This document shows positions 1-10,414 of a stretch of 64,000 nucleotides of DNA, in pieces. The stretch is taken from assembly GCA_963765495.1 (NCBI GenBank), contig CAVXWP010000001.1, positions 960,001 to 1,024,000 on the forward strand, written 5' to 3'. Both the position numbers and the translations under genes were made by a program. The number at the start of each line of letters is the position of its first letter. The first letter of the stretch is position 1. The DNA comes from Blastocatellia bacterium. GTDB taxonomy: Bacteria > Acidobacteriota > Blastocatellia > UBA7656. The notes beneath the pieces were generated by a model. The model was not told the origin of the DNA. It saw only the letters and a list, made by a program, of their open reading frames with translations, and did no database searches.

Positions 1-1413
1 ACCAATCCTTATGCGCGGCCCATCGAAGGCGTAGTTGCCTATGTCAATATGAACACAAAGAAGGTCTTCAAGGTGGTTGACACGGGCGTCGTGCCGGTCT
101 CGAAAGCGAACGGCGATTTTGACGAGGTGACAGTGGGCAAGCTCAGAGAAGCGCCCAGGGATTTGCAGATAGTTCAACCGCAGGGGGCGAGTTTCGAGGT
201 ACGGGGCAACGAGGTTCGGTGGCAGAAATGGCGGTTCCGCTACACCCTGCACCCCCGCGAGGGGCTTGTGCTTTATACGGTGGGCTACGAGGACGAAGGC
301 AAAGTGCGAAGCGTTCTCTATCGCGCTTCGCTTTCCGAGATGGTGGTGCCTTACGGCGATCCTGGCACGGGCTGGTTCTTCCGCAACGCATTCGACGAGG
401 GCGAATTCGGAGTGGGGCGCGGGGCCCTGACGCTTGAACCGGGAACCGATTATTTGAGCAACGCTACGCTGTTTGACGCGGTCTTTGCGGGCGATACCGG
501 AAGCGCATACAGTGTCCCTCGCGCGGTCGCGCTTTATGAAAGAGACGGCGGTATATTGTGGAAGCACGTTGACTACATTTCGCGCCGTAATGAATCGAGA
601 AGGGCGCGGGAACTGGTGCTGTCTTATGTTGCCAACGTAGGCAACTACGAATACGGGTTTGACTGGGTCTTTCATCAGGACGGCACGCTTGAGATGGAAG
701 TATTGCTGACCGGCATCATGGCGGCAAAGGGCGTGATGTCGGATTCAGGCTCACCCGAAGATCACGAAAGCGCGCACGGGCACCTCGTAGCCGATAACGT
801 AATGGCGGTTCATCATCAGCATTTCTTCAATTTCAGACTCGATATGGATGTCGAAGGCCAGTCGAACAGTATAGTCGAGATGAACACTCAGGCGCTTCCG
901 GCAGGGCGCGACAATCCCTACAACAACGCGTTCACTATGAAAGAAACGCCGCTTGCAAAAGAGAAAGACGCGCAACGAGTGCTCAGCCTTGAAGCCAGCC
1001 GCAAGTGGAAGATCATCAACCCTTCGATTAGAAATTCGCTTGGTCAGCCCGTCGGATACATGCTTGTTCCAGGCGAAAACTCTATACCTTTTGCGGCGGC
1101 AAGCGCGCAGGTGAGCAAACGCGCAGGCTTTATGAAATCTCATCTCTGGGTAACGCCTTACAATGCAACTGAAATGCACGCGGCGGGCGAATACGTCAAT
1201 CAAAGCAAGGGAGGCGACGGATTGCCCCGATGGACCAGCGCCAACCGCTCTATCGAGAACAGAGATATAGTCGTGTGGTACACGATGGGCATCACTCACA
1301 TTCCGCGCCCGGAAGAGTGGCCCGTCATGCCCGTGCATAAAGCCGGGTTCAAGCTGATGCCAAACGGTTTTTTTGCGCGCAACCCCGCGCTCGATGTGCC
1401 GAAACCGAAATAG
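1..1413 (+). CDS. tynA: copper-containing primary amine oxidase (5'-partial)
   Basis: Frame open from base 1. TPQ consensus NVGNYEY, Cu ligands HHQH and C-terminal HIPRPEEWPVMP. Confidence 0.92.
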   Translation, partial: TNPYARPIEGVVAYVNMNTKKVFKVVDTGVVPVSKANGDFDEVTVGKLREAPRDLQIVQPQGASFEVRGNEVRWQKWRFRYTLHPREGLVLYTVGYEDEGKVRSVLYRASLSEMVVPYGDPGTGWFFRNAFDEGEFGVGRGALTLEPGTDYLSNATLFDAVFAGDTGSAYSVPRAVALYERDGGILWKHVDYISRRNESRRARELVLSYVANVGNYEYGFDWVFHQDGTLEMEVLLTGIMAAKGVMSDSGSPEDHESAHGHLVADNVMAVHHQHFFNFRLDMDVEGQSNSIVEMNTQALPAGRDNPYNNAFTMKETPLAKEKDAQRVLSLEASRKWKIINPSIRNSLGQPVGYMLVPGENSIPFAAASAQVSKRAGFMKSHLWVTPYNATEMHAAGEYVNQSKGGDGLPRWTSANRSIENRDIVVWYTMGITHIPRPEEWPVMPVHKAGFKLMPNGFFARNPALDVPKPK

Positions 1414-1522
1414 AGCTTCTTTCGCGCCCGCTCATCTGTGATCTCAGATGCTCTATGCCTCAGAAAAGCCGGTCTGTTAAACTAACCGTGTCAGTAAAGG
1501 ATCGAACCGGCTTCACCTGAGT

Positions 1523-1837
1523 ATGAAAAAAAGATTCAAACATATAGCTCTCTGGCTGCTTGGCTGGACGTTTATTCTTCTGGGCATAATCGGATTGTTT
1601 CTGCCCCTCATGCAAGGCATTCTCTTTTTGCTCATCGGTCTGTCGCTGCTTTCGACCGTATCTCCGTGGGCGGAACGAATGCTATGGAAGATAAGAAAAC
1701 GGTTCCCAAGGATTGCCAAAACATTCGATCAGGCGAAAGAGAAGACAAAGAAGTGGCAGGACAGATTATCAGCCCGCTTCGATGACGCAAAAGAGAAAGT
1801 CAAAGACGCGAAATCGGATTTGACCGGACATTTATAA
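1523..1837 (+). CDS. small membrane protein, PGPGW/DUF454-like
   Basis: LGIIGLFLPLMQGILFLLIGL hydrophobic hairpin followed by a basic tail. Confidence 0.7.
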   Translation: MKKRFKHIALWLLGWTFILLGIIGLFLPLMQGILFLLIGLSLLSTVSPWAERMLWKIRKRFPRIAKTFDQAKEKTKKWQDRLSARFDDAKEKVKDAKSDLTGHL

Positions 1838-1838
1838 A

Positions 1839-1927
1839 GTGATTCGTGATTCGTAATTCGTGACTATCAGGCAGGTCACAGGTTCAGGACGACTTGCAAA
1901 TCTGCTAAATCACACATCACGCATCAC
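1839..1927 (+). repeat. heptamer-flanked dispersed element, family 1, copy A
   Basis: (GTGATTC)n, 44-bp core, then ATCACAC-ATCACGC-ATCAC. Core aligns without gaps to five other copies. Confidence 0.85.
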
Positions 1928-1944
1928 AATCAATAGGAGAGACC

Positions 1945-3717
1945 GTGATTCGCAATACCGCTATTGTCCTCTTGATTCTTCTGACAGGATCAACCTCTCT
2001 GGCGCTGTTATTTGACGATAAGGACTACGCAAAAAAGATGCACGAACTATTTGAAGAAGACTGGCAGTGGGCATTGGAGCAATACCCAGAGACGGCTACG
2101 TTTCTGGGCGTAAATCGTTATAACGACCGGCTGACCGACCTTTCCTTCGAGGCTATCGAAGCTCGGAAACAGCACGAGCGCGAAATGCTTGAGCGAATAC
2201 AAAAGATTGATCGGTCCAGGCTGTCGGGGCAGGATTTGATCTCTTACGATCTTTTCCTGCTCGATAAAAAGATGAATGTAGAAGGCGAGCGCTTTCCTTC
2301 CGAGCTTATACCTATAAACCAGATGCAGGGCGTTCAATTGACCTTTCCTCAAATGGTAGAGGCGACCCCTTTTCACAATAGGAAAGATTATGAAGATTAC
2401 CTTTCGCGCCTTTCGGCTTTTCCCGCACAGGTAGATCAATTGATCGCGCTGATGAAACGCGGCATCGAGACTCGCTGGGTTCCGCCCGCCGTCCCGCTTC
2501 GTTCCGTTCCTGCGCAGATTGAAGGGCAGATAGTGAGCGATCCCGCGAAAAGCCCGCTTTATAGGCCTTTCAGCGAGTTTCCACAGGATGTAGCCTCATC
2601 CGATCGTGATCGAATATCGGAGGCCGGTCGCCAGCGGATAACCGAATCCGTCATGCCGGCGCTTAAAAAACTCCATGCCTTTATAAAGGATACCTACCTG
2701 CCAGCCTGCAACAAGGACATCAGCGCCAAAGCACTCCCCGAAGGCGAGGCTTATTATAATTACTCGATCCGGCGACTGACGACCACAAATCTTTCGGCAA
2801 GAGAGATTCACGAAATAGGCAAACGAGAGGTCGCGCGAATTCGCAAACAGATGGAAGGCATCATCAAACAGGTGGGTTTCAAGGGATCGTTTCAGGAGTT
2901 TCTGACTTTTCTTCGCACAGACCCGCGTTTTTATTTCACAAGGCCGGAAGAGCTTGTAACGGCTTATCGCGACATCGCCAAGCGGGCCGACGCGCGATTG
3001 CCCGAACTCTTTGCCGAACTTCCGCGAAACCCTTACGGCGTGGCCGAGATTCCCGATTACGAAGCGCCTGCGCAAACTACGGCCTACTATCAACCCGGCG
3101 CGGCCGACGGCTCGCGAGCGGGCTATTACATGGTGAATACTTATAAATTAGACACGCGCCCGAAATATGAGATGGAGGCGCTGTCTCTGCACGAATCCGT
3201 GCCGGGCCATCACCTGCAAATCTCGCGGGCGCAGGAACTCAAAGACCTGCCCGATTTCCGCCGTAACGGCGGCTATACGGCATATGTCGAAGGCTGGGGG
3301 CTTTATGCCGAAAGTCTTGGCCCGGACCTTGGGTTTTATACCGATCCTTATTCGAAATTCGGCCAGCTTACCTATGAGATGTGGCGGGCCTGCCGCCTTG
3401 TCGTAGACACGGGGATGCACCAGTTCGGATGGAGCCGGGGGCAAGCCATCGATTTTATGAAAGAGAACACCGCCAAGACGGAAAACGACATCATAGTAGA
3501 GATAGACCGCTATATAGTCTGGCCCGGCCAGGCGCTTGCCTACAAATTGGGCGAGCTGAAGATCAAGGAATTACGCGCCAGGGCGGAAGGCGAACTCGGG
3601 GACCGCTTCGATTTGCGAACATTTCACAATGCCGTGCTCGATGACGGGCCTCTGCCTCTCGACCTCCTCGAACAGAGGATAAACGCCTGGATCGCGGAGC
3701 AAAAAAGGAAGGAGTAG
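1945..3717 (+). CDS. DUF885 family secreted protein (putative metallopeptidase)
   Basis: Signal peptide, LHESVPGHHLQ, YVEGWGLYAE, RACRLVVDTGMH, PGQALAYKLG. SD AGGAG upstream. Confidence 0.9.
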   Translation: MIRNTAIVLLILLTGSTSLALLFDDKDYAKKMHELFEEDWQWALEQYPETATFLGVNRYNDRLTDLSFEAIEARKQHEREMLERIQKIDRSRLSGQDLISYDLFLLDKKMNVEGERFPSELIPINQMQGVQLTFPQMVEATPFHNRKDYEDYLSRLSAFPAQVDQLIALMKRGIETRWVPPAVPLRSVPAQIEGQIVSDPAKSPLYRPFSEFPQDVASSDRDRISEAGRQRITESVMPALKKLHAFIKDTYLPACNKDISAKALPEGEAYYNYSIRRLTTTNLSAREIHEIGKREVARIRKQMEGIIKQVGFKGSFQEFLTFLRTDPRFYFTRPEELVTAYRDIAKRADARLPELFAELPRNPYGVAEIPDYEAPAQTTAYYQPGAADGSRAGYYMVNTYKLDTRPKYEMEALSLHESVPGHHLQISRAQELKDLPDFRRNGGYTAYVEGWGLYAESLGPDLGFYTDPYSKFGQLTYEMWRACRLVVDTGMHQFGWSRGQAIDFMKENTAKTENDIIVEIDRYIVWPGQALAYKLGELKIKELRARAEGELGDRFDLRTFHNAVLDDGPLPLDLLEQRINAWIAEQKRKE

Positions 3718-3718
3718 T

Positions 3719-5029
3719 ATGAGCGCGCTGCTAAGAAAACGCATCTTGCTTTATATGGTTCTGGCAGGGCTGATGATGCCCGGTCTGATCGCGTGCGCAG
3801 GCGTCAGCCAGTCAAACGACATGATCGGCAACGCCGCGCCTCCGAGTGATAAAAGAGACACTATGGAAGAGACACAAAAGAGACCCGCAACAGTGCAGGT
3901 TGATGCGCGTCTGGTTTCGGCCAATGCGAAATTCGGGCTCGATCTTTTCAAGACACTTGCCAAAACAAGCGCCGGGAAAAATGTCTTTATCTCTCCGTCA
4001 AGCGTCGGCCTTGCGCTGGCCATGACCTACAACGGTGCGGAAGGCGAAACCCGACAGGCGATGGCCCGAACGCTCGCGCTTCAGGGGATCAGCCTCGAAG
4101 AAGTGAATCAGGCTTACGCTCAGTTGAAATCGTCGCTTGCAAGCCCCGACCCGAAGGTGAAACTCGATGTCGCCAACTCGCTCTGGGCAAATAACAGCGT
4201 GATGTTCAAGCCGGATTTCATCAACCGAAATAAAGAATATTACGGAGCCGAAGTTGCTGAACTGGACTTTGGCGACCCCGGCGCTATATCGAGGATAAAC
4301 TCCTGGGTCAGTAAGAACACGGGCGGAAAGATAGAAAAGATCATCGACCACATCGAACCAGATGCCGTCATGTTTTTGATCAACGCGATCTATTTCAAGG
4401 GATCGTGGAGCGTCGAATTTGACAAGGACAACACGAAAGACGATTTCTTTACCGCAGGCACCGGCACCCGCAAAAAGATGCCCATGATGTCGCAGTCGGG
4501 CAAGTTCCGCTACTTCGAGGAGAAGAATTTTCAGGCTATCAGTCTGCCTTACGGCGAAGGCCGCGTGAGCATGTATATCTTCCTTCCCAGAGAGGGGTTG
4601 AGCCTGGCGGATTTCATCAAAAACCTGACCGCCGAACAATGGGATTCGTGGATGTCGGAGTTTCAGAAAACCAGAGGCGATATAGTTATGCCGCGCTACC
4701 GGCTGGAGTATGAAACGAGCCTCAACGACGCGCTCAAGGCCCTTGGCATGGGCATAGCATTTGCGCCGGATCGGGCGAATTTCTCAAATATGATCTCTCA
4801 GAAAGATGGAAACGCCTTTATAAATGAGGTCAAACACAAGACCTTTTTAGAGGTAAATGAAGAAGGCACGGAAGCCGCCGCCGCGACATCGGTCGGCATC
4901 TCGGTAACTTCCTTGCAGGTAGAATCGCCTCCATTCCGAATGGTGGTCGATCATCCGTTCTTCTGCGCGATCAGAGATAACGACACCGGGACCGTGTTGT
5001 TTATGGGAGCCGTAACAGACCCCCAATAA
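3719..5029 (+). CDS. serpin (serine protease inhibitor), probable lipoprotein
   Basis: NVFISPSS, NAIYFKGSW, hinge EEGTEAAAATS, C-terminal DHPFFCAIRD...LFMG. Lipobox-like LIAC. Confidence 0.93.
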   Translation: MSALLRKRILLYMVLAGLMMPGLIACAGVSQSNDMIGNAAPPSDKRDTMEETQKRPATVQVDARLVSANAKFGLDLFKTLAKTSAGKNVFISPSSVGLALAMTYNGAEGETRQAMARTLALQGISLEEVNQAYAQLKSSLASPDPKVKLDVANSLWANNSVMFKPDFINRNKEYYGAEVAELDFGDPGAISRINSWVSKNTGGKIEKIIDHIEPDAVMFLINAIYFKGSWSVEFDKDNTKDDFFTAGTGTRKKMPMMSQSGKFRYFEEKNFQAISLPYGEGRVSMYIFLPREGLSLADFIKNLTAEQWDSWMSEFQKTRGDIVMPRYRLEYETSLNDALKALGMGIAFAPDRANFSNMISQKDGNAFINEVKHKTFLEVNEEGTEAAAATSVGISVTSLQVESPPFRMVVDHPFFCAIRDNDTGTVLFMGAVTDPQ

Positions 5030-5053
5030 TAGAGTTCATGTTAAGCAATGTAC

Positions 5054-5138
5054 GCGCCCCGGATGGGCGCAAGGAAGATAGCCAGTGGCAAGCCGAAGCG
5101 CACCCTCTGGCTACCTTCCTCCGACCCCTCTGGGGTCG
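5054..5138. repeat. REP-like triple hairpin
   Basis: GCGCCC/GGGCGC (5054-5070), AGGAAGATAGCCAG/CTGGCTACCTTCCT (5072-5120), CGACCCC/GGGGTCG (5122-5138). Confidence 0.7.
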
Positions 5139-5191
5139 AGGGAATCGCAACGACGCAAAGACCGCAAAAAATTAAAGAGGAGACACATCTG

Positions 5192-5932
5192 ATGCTTTTG
5201 GTTTTGCTTTTTCTCTCACTGCTCGCGCCGCCACATTCAGACTCGATCAAGACTGGCGAAGAACTAATTCAGGCCATGCGCAGTCGCTATGCCGGGAAGT
5301 GGTATAAGACCGCCACCTTTGTGCAAAAGACCACAAACTATCAGCCGGACGGCACAAGCAAGGCCGAGACATGGTACGAGGCGATGGCCCTGCCCGGCAG
5401 GCTGCGAATAGATTTCGACCCCATCAAGGACGGCAACGGCTTGCTCTTTGTCGACGATACGCTGAATGTCTTTAAGGACGGCAAACTCGATAAATCGCAA
5501 CCGCTCATACATCCGCTGATGGTGCTTGGTTTCGATGTGTACGCGCTTCCGGTCAAGGATACGCTCGACAAATTAAAGGAATTGAAGTTTGACCTCTCCA
5601 TCCTGCGCGAAGACACGTGGCAGGGCAGACCCGTCTATGTAGTCGGGGCAAAGGCGGGCGACACGCATTCGCCGCAGTTCTGGATAGACAAAGAGCATCT
5701 CTATTTCGTGCGAATGCTGAAGCCGGCAGGGAAGGACGGGTCGCTCACTCAGGAGGTGCAGTTTAACAAGTATCAGCGTCTGGGCGGAGGATGGATGTCC
5801 CCCGAAGTCGTCTTTTCGGTAAATGACCGGCGCGTGACTCTGGAAGAGTACTCCGACATCCACGGGGACGTGAAACTCAACGACGAGTTGTTTAAGCCGG
5901 AAACCTGGACCACAGAGCATCACTGGAGGTAG
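5192..5932 (+). CDS. secreted protein, LolA-like/lipoprotein-sorting fold
   Basis: ATG 5192 after GAGGAG, signal peptide, beta-rich body with a W.D.E.L..VR-type motif. The upstream ORF extension runs through the REP element. Confidence 0.65.
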   Translation: MLLVLLFLSLLAPPHSDSIKTGEELIQAMRSRYAGKWYKTATFVQKTTNYQPDGTSKAETWYEAMALPGRLRIDFDPIKDGNGLLFVDDTLNVFKDGKLDKSQPLIHPLMVLGFDVYALPVKDTLDKLKELKFDLSILREDTWQGRPVYVVGAKAGDTHSPQFWIDKEHLYFVRMLKPAGKDGSLTQEVQFNKYQRLGGGWMSPEVVFSVNDRRVTLEEYSDIHGDVKLNDELFKPETWTTEHHWR

Positions 5933-5976
5933 ATGTTTCGGCTGCCGGATATTTTTTAGAGAGTTTTAGTGAGCCA

Positions 5977-6846
5977 ATGATAAAGAGCACCTTTTGCCAC
6001 CTGCCCGGCATCAACATAGCGGCGGAGCGCAGTCTCTGGTCGTCGGGCGTTCATTCCTGGGATAGCCTGTTGCTTCCTCCCCGACATGTCAGGTTGCCTC
6101 GCGGGGTGGCAGGCTCTTTATCGACTCATATCGAACGCTCATTTGAATCGCTGGTAAACAATGATCCGAACTATTTCGCGGGGCTTCTTCCATCAAATCA
6201 GCACTGGCGGTTGTTTCCCGATTTTCGCCATTCAATCGCCTATCTCGACATCGAAACTACGGGGCTGGGGTACTCAGATAGCATCACTACCATAGCCATC
6301 TATGACGGCAAAACGGTTCGTCATTATGTGCGCGGGCGGAATCTGGATGACTTCCGGCGGGATATTAGAGAGCACAGCGTCGTTGTCACCTATAACGGTA
6401 AATGCTTCGACGCGCCTTTCATCGAGCGGTCTTTCGGAATCAGGATGAATCACGTTCACATCGACCTGAGATATATCCTTAAGGCGCTCGGGTACACGGG
6501 CGGATTGAAAGCCTGTGAACGCCATCTGGGACTCGATAGGGAAGGGCTCGAAGGCGTAGACGGAAACTTTGCCGTGCTGCTGTGGGATGATTATATAAGA
6601 AACCGCAATGAAAGGGCGCTTGAGACGTTGCTGGCCTACAATATTCAGGATGTTGTGAATCTTGAAGTGCTGCTCGTCATTGCCTATAACCTGAACCTCA
6701 AAGCGACACCGTTTCGCGACAGCCATCGCCTGGCGTCGCCATCGCCCCCCCTCATTCCATTCACACCCGACCGTGAAACTATAAACCGAATCAGGGCAAC
6801 AAACTTTACAACCTCCTGGTACGGTCGCGGCTACAGAAGGCGGTGA
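5977..6846 (+). CDS. RNase H-like (YprB/RNase_H_2) exonuclease
   Basis: YLDIETTG, TYNGKCFDAPF, GGLKACE, YNIQDV DEDD-type motifs. Confidence 0.85.
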   Translation: MIKSTFCHLPGINIAAERSLWSSGVHSWDSLLLPPRHVRLPRGVAGSLSTHIERSFESLVNNDPNYFAGLLPSNQHWRLFPDFRHSIAYLDIETTGLGYSDSITTIAIYDGKTVRHYVRGRNLDDFRRDIREHSVVVTYNGKCFDAPFIERSFGIRMNHVHIDLRYILKALGYTGGLKACERHLGLDREGLEGVDGNFAVLLWDDYIRNRNERALETLLAYNIQDVVNLEVLLVIAYNLNLKATPFRDSHRLASPSPPLIPFTPDRETINRIRATNFTTSWYGRGYRRR

Positions 6847-6869
6847 TGCGGTCGCTCGGCAAGCAAAGA

Positions 6870-7238
6870 TCACTTGCCCCGGAAGCTTTGCACCGCATTA
6901 TGCTGCGCGGCCAGCCGCTCGCCCAGACTCGTACATACGGCCTCGCATAGATCGAAAATAGAAGAATCGGCTACCCGGTAATAAACATTCAACCCTTCCT
7001 TGCGACGCGCCACCATCCCCGCATCCCCTAACAGACTCAGGTGCTTCGATACGTTCGCCTGCCCTGCCCCGGTCGCCTCGACCAGTTCCGACACGCTCAT
7101 CTCATCCGCGCCAAGCGCGTGCAGTATCTTCAGCCGCATGGGCTCGGCCAGTACGCGAAACCGCGCCGCTATCAATTCCAGCGCATGCTCGGTCAACTGC
7201 GCCCGCTCTCTTTTTATACTCTCTGAACTCGCTTTCAA
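6870..7238 (-). CDS. ArsR/SmtB family transcriptional repressor
   Basis: FRVLAEPMRLKIL...SVSEL...QANVSKHL...G..VYY winged HTH. C-terminal CxxxC. Start codon uncertain (TTG). Confidence 0.92.
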   Translation of the reverse strand: MKASSESIKRERAQLTEHALELIAARFRVLAEPMRLKILHALGADEMSVSELVEATGAGQANVSKHLSLLGDAGMVARRKEGLNVYYRVADSSIFDLCEAVCTSLGERLAAQHNAVQSFRGK

Positions 7239-7312
7239 TTCTACCTCCCTGTCCGTTCGCTTCTCCTATTCTAACCCGCTTCCTCTCCCTGAGTATATCT
7301 CTATATTCTTTC

Positions 7313-7341
7313 TTGACTATATCACTATATAGTAATATAGT
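7313..7341 (+). promoter_or_regulatory. sigma70 promoter overlapped by a 26-bp palindromic operator
   Basis: TTGACT (7313)-N17-TATAGT (7336). Palindrome ACTATATCACTATATAGTAATATAGT at 7316-7341 with one mismatched pair. Confidence 0.8.
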
Positions 7342-7382
7342 AGACTCGTCAACAGAGTCAGCAAAGTGAGGAGGGAGAAGAG

Positions 7383-7601
7383 ATGACGGTTGAGAGGTAT
7401 TTAAGGTTGATAGCGGGGGGTATCGTTTTGGCGACGCTGTTACTCGGCCATTTTATCAGTTCTTACTGGTATCTGTTCACGGGGTTTGTAGCGCTGAACC
7501 TCATACAGTCGGCCTTCACCGACTGGTGTCCGATGATGACGTTTCTGCGATGGTTGGGCGCTAAGGACGAGGGCTCGCGCAGGGTTTCCGGGCGCGTCTG
7601 A
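7383..7601 (+). CDS. DUF2892 (YgaP-like) membrane protein
   Basis: ERYLRLIAG...NLIQSAFTDWCPM signature, SD GAGGAG. Confidence 0.88.
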   Translation: MTVERYLRLIAGGIVLATLLLGHFISSYWYLFTGFVALNLIQSAFTDWCPMMTFLRWLGAKDEGSRRVSGRV

Positions 7602-7623
7602 GTAAGGCAAAGGGGGAATCATC

Positions 7624-9117
7624 ATGTCAGGCATCACACAGGCGGTAAGCAGCGTATCAGGTCAAGATCCGGCTCGGAAAAAGATAAGGCTCGCGCTTTG
7701 CGCAGTCGGGCAGGGCATACGGACTTCTTTAAGAAATCTCATTATTTTAATCACGAGCGGCGGGCTCTTGTTTCAGGCGTTGCCTGCTCGCGCGCAAATG
7801 ACCGCTTCTGCACCGCCTGCCGCCGAGCCGGGTCAGAGCGCGGCGTTGACTTTGCCACTGGCTGTAGACATAGCCCTGCGGTCGAATCCTCTGGTGAGGG
7901 CTACGACTTCGGGGCGCGAGATGGCCGAGGCTCAGGCGAGCGAAGCCCGTGCCGGTCGCCTTCCATTCCTGCAATTCAACGAGACGTTTACACGGAGCAA
8001 CAATCCGGTCTTTGTCTTCGGGTCTCTGCTTGAGCAAGGCAGGTTCGGACCTGAAAATTTTGATCCCGGTCTCTTGAACAACCCCGACCCTCTGAACAAC
8101 TTTCGCTCGTCCATCACATTTCGCATGCCGGTATTCGATCAGCGGCAGAGCGAAACCAGAATCAATCAGGCCGAGATTGGCCGCAGTCTTGCCGACGCCG
8201 AGAAGCTTCTTATTGAGCAAAAGATCCGCTTTGAGGTTTTGCGAGCTTACTACGGCTTGATGGTCGCCCACGCGAAAAAGGATGTTGCCGATGAAGCGGT
8301 TAGATTGGCCGAGACCGATGTGAAACGCATAAACGACCTGTTCGATACAGGGATGGTAGTTGAGTCTGACCTGCTCGCGGTAGAGGTGCAGCTGGCCGAG
8401 TTTCGCCAGCAACAGATACAGGCCGAAGGCGATATCATCACGGCGCGGGCCACGCTAAACACCGCGCTTGGAATCTCGATTGACACTCCTCAAAAGATCG
8501 CGGGCGAACTGGTCGAAAAGACTTTTCAGACGGAGAGTCAGGAAGAACTGATCCGACTGGCTCTCAGGAACCGGCCTGAGTTTGCGCGTGCTCGACTCAG
8601 TGTAGAGGCGGCGCACGAGCGGGCTCGCGGCGCTCGCGGCGAGTTTCTTCCGCGAGTTGATGTGTTCGGTGGTTTCGGGGTGAGCAGCAAATCTCTTACA
8701 GGCGCGAGCAGCGATTACACATTCGGCACAAGCATTACCTTCAATATCCTCGATGCGGGTAGAAGCGCAAGGCTCAAGCAGGCGCAAGCCGCAGAGTCTA
8801 TGGCCGCTGCCGAAGAGGAGCATCTGGCCAACCAGATTCGACTGGAGGCCGTGCGCGCTTATCAGCAATACGTGTCGGCCCGCGAGCGGGTGAATGTAGC
8901 CGCCCGGGTAGTGGATCAGGCAAGGGAAGCGCTCAGGATTGTGCAGGACCGCTATCAGGCGGGCCTTACGACAATCACCGAAGTCCTGAGGGCCGAGACC
9001 ACTTTCGTGCGGGCGCGCACCATGCTGAGTGCCGCCCGCTACGATCACTATGTCGGATACGCTGCGGTATTGCTTGCGAGCGGAAGACTGACAGGTGTCG
9101 AGCCCTTTGTGTCATAG
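7624..9117 (+). CDS. TolC family outer membrane efflux protein
   Basis: Two OEP repeats, [12 protein letters not shown] motif, operon context. Confidence 0.9.
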   Translation: MSGITQAVSSVSGQDPARKKIRLALCAVGQGIRTSLRNLIILITSGGLLFQALPARAQMTASAPPAAEPGQSAALTLPLAVDIALRSNPLVRATTSGREMAEAQASEARAGRLPFLQFNETFTRSNNPVFVFGSLLEQGRFGPENFDPGLLNNPDPLNNFRSSITFRMPVFDQRQSETRINQAEIGRSLADAEKLLIEQKIRFEVLRAYYGLMVAHAKKDVADEAVRLAETDVKRINDLFDTGMVVESDLLAVEVQLAEFRQQQIQAEGDIITARATLNTALGISIDTPQKIAGELVEKTFQTESQEELIRLALRNRPEFARARLSVEAAHERARGARGEFLPRVDVFGGFGVSSKSLTGASSDYTFGTSITFNILDAGRSARLKQAQAAESMAAAEEEHLANQIRLEAVRAYQQYVSARERVNVAARVVDQAREALRIVQDRYQAGLTTITEVLRAETTFVRARTMLSAARYDHYVGYAAVLLASGRLTGVEPFVS

Positions 9118-9127
9118 GGAGGCAGAT

Positions 9128-10363
9128 ATGCGGACTATTTTTTCAAACATAAGAACAAGAGTGAAAGTGAAGGTGATATTGATCCCGGTCCTCACCGCTA
9201 TAATGGCGCTCAGTGTCGCGTGCGAGAGCAGGCAAGAGCCATCTGCCGACAAGGCTCCCGCAATCGCAGGCATCAAGGTTGAGCCGGTAACTCTGACTCC
9301 CGTAGACGATTATTACGAGGCGACAGGCACCATAAGATCAAAGACTTCAAGCGAGATTTCCAGCAGAGTGATGGGCAGCATCATTGCGCTGCACGTCCGC
9401 GAAGGCGACCGCGTGCGCCGGGGGCAGACTCTTATAGAGATTGACAACCGCGATGCCATGACTCAAATCAGCAAGGCCCGCGCGGGTCTCATCGAAGCTC
9501 AGGACGCGCTCGAAGAAATAGAGCGGTCTGCTCGCGCCGCCGAATCTGCCGTAGCGGCTGCCGAGGCGAATAAACGGCTTGCCGAGGCTACCTACAATCG
9601 CTACAAGACGCTCGCCGAACGCAGGTCTGTGAGCAGGCAGGAATTCGACGAGGCACAGGCAAAACACGAAGTAGCTCGGGCCGAACGAGAACGAGCCGAC
9701 CGCCTCCTTCAGATGGTCGCGGCCAGAAAGCAGCAGGCGCTTGCAAGGATAGATCAGGCCAGGGCAGACATCGCGGGCGCGCAACTTCTCGCAGGGTATG
9801 CGCGAATCACATCACCCATCAACGGGATAGTCACTGCTCGTCAGACAGACATAGGCCAGATTGCCGCGCCGGGCGCTCCGCTTCTCACCATCGAAGACGA
9901 CGCTTGCTACAGGCTCGAAGCTTCCGTAGAAGAATCGCAGATCAAGCTAACGAAGATCGGTGACCCGGTCTTTGTGAGCATCCAGGCGCTCGGAGATACG
10001 GAGCTTGCGGGCAGTGTCGCTGAGATCGTCCCGGCGGCGGATGTGGCCAGCCGGAGCTTTACTTTGAAAATAGACCTTCCCGTCGAGGGCGATAAATCGG
10101 GTCTGCGCTCGGGCATGTTTGGCAGGGCCAGATTCAGCCGGGGGCAGAAGCCATCCATAACCCTTCCGCTATCGGCTGTCAGCGTGCGCGGTCAACTCAC
10201 GAGCGTCTACGTGGTTGATGGCGGGGGCATCGCGCGTCTGCGTTTGATCAAAACCGGCAAGGCGTATGGCGACCGGGTGGAGGTGCTCTCGGGCTTGAAC
10301 GAAGGCGAACAGATAATCACAAGCGGAGCAGAGCAGGTGAGCGACGGCAGCCGGGCTCGATAG
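9128..10363 (+). CDS. RND periplasmic adaptor (MFP), lipoprotein
   Basis: ATG 9128 after GGAGG, lipoyl halves VREGDRVRRGQ and ITSPING, coiled coil, LRSGMFGR. Confidence 0.92.
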   Translation: MRTIFSNIRTRVKVKVILIPVLTAIMALSVACESRQEPSADKAPAIAGIKVEPVTLTPVDDYYEATGTIRSKTSSEISSRVMGSIIALHVREGDRVRRGQTLIEIDNRDAMTQISKARAGLIEAQDALEEIERSARAAESAVAAAEANKRLAEATYNRYKTLAERRSVSRQEFDEAQAKHEVARAERERADRLLQMVAARKQQALARIDQARADIAGAQLLAGYARITSPINGIVTARQTDIGQIAAPGAPLLTIEDDACYRLEASVEESQIKLTKIGDPVFVSIQALGDTELAGSVAEIVPAADVASRSFTLKIDLPVEGDKSGLRSGMFGRARFSRGQKPSITLPLSAVSVRGQLTSVYVVDGGGIARLRLIKTGKAYGDRVEVLSGLNEGEQIITSGAEQVSDGSRAR

Positions 10364-10364
10364 G

Positions 10365-10400
10365 TTGATTTGAAATCTGAAACCTGAAAACTCAAATCAA
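10365..10400. repeat. short heptamer hairpin related to family 2
   Basis: TTGATTTGA...TCAAATCAA arms enclosing TGAAATC/TGAAACC/TGAAAAC units. Confidence 0.55.
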
Positions 10401-10414
10401 TGAGGATGAACGTC

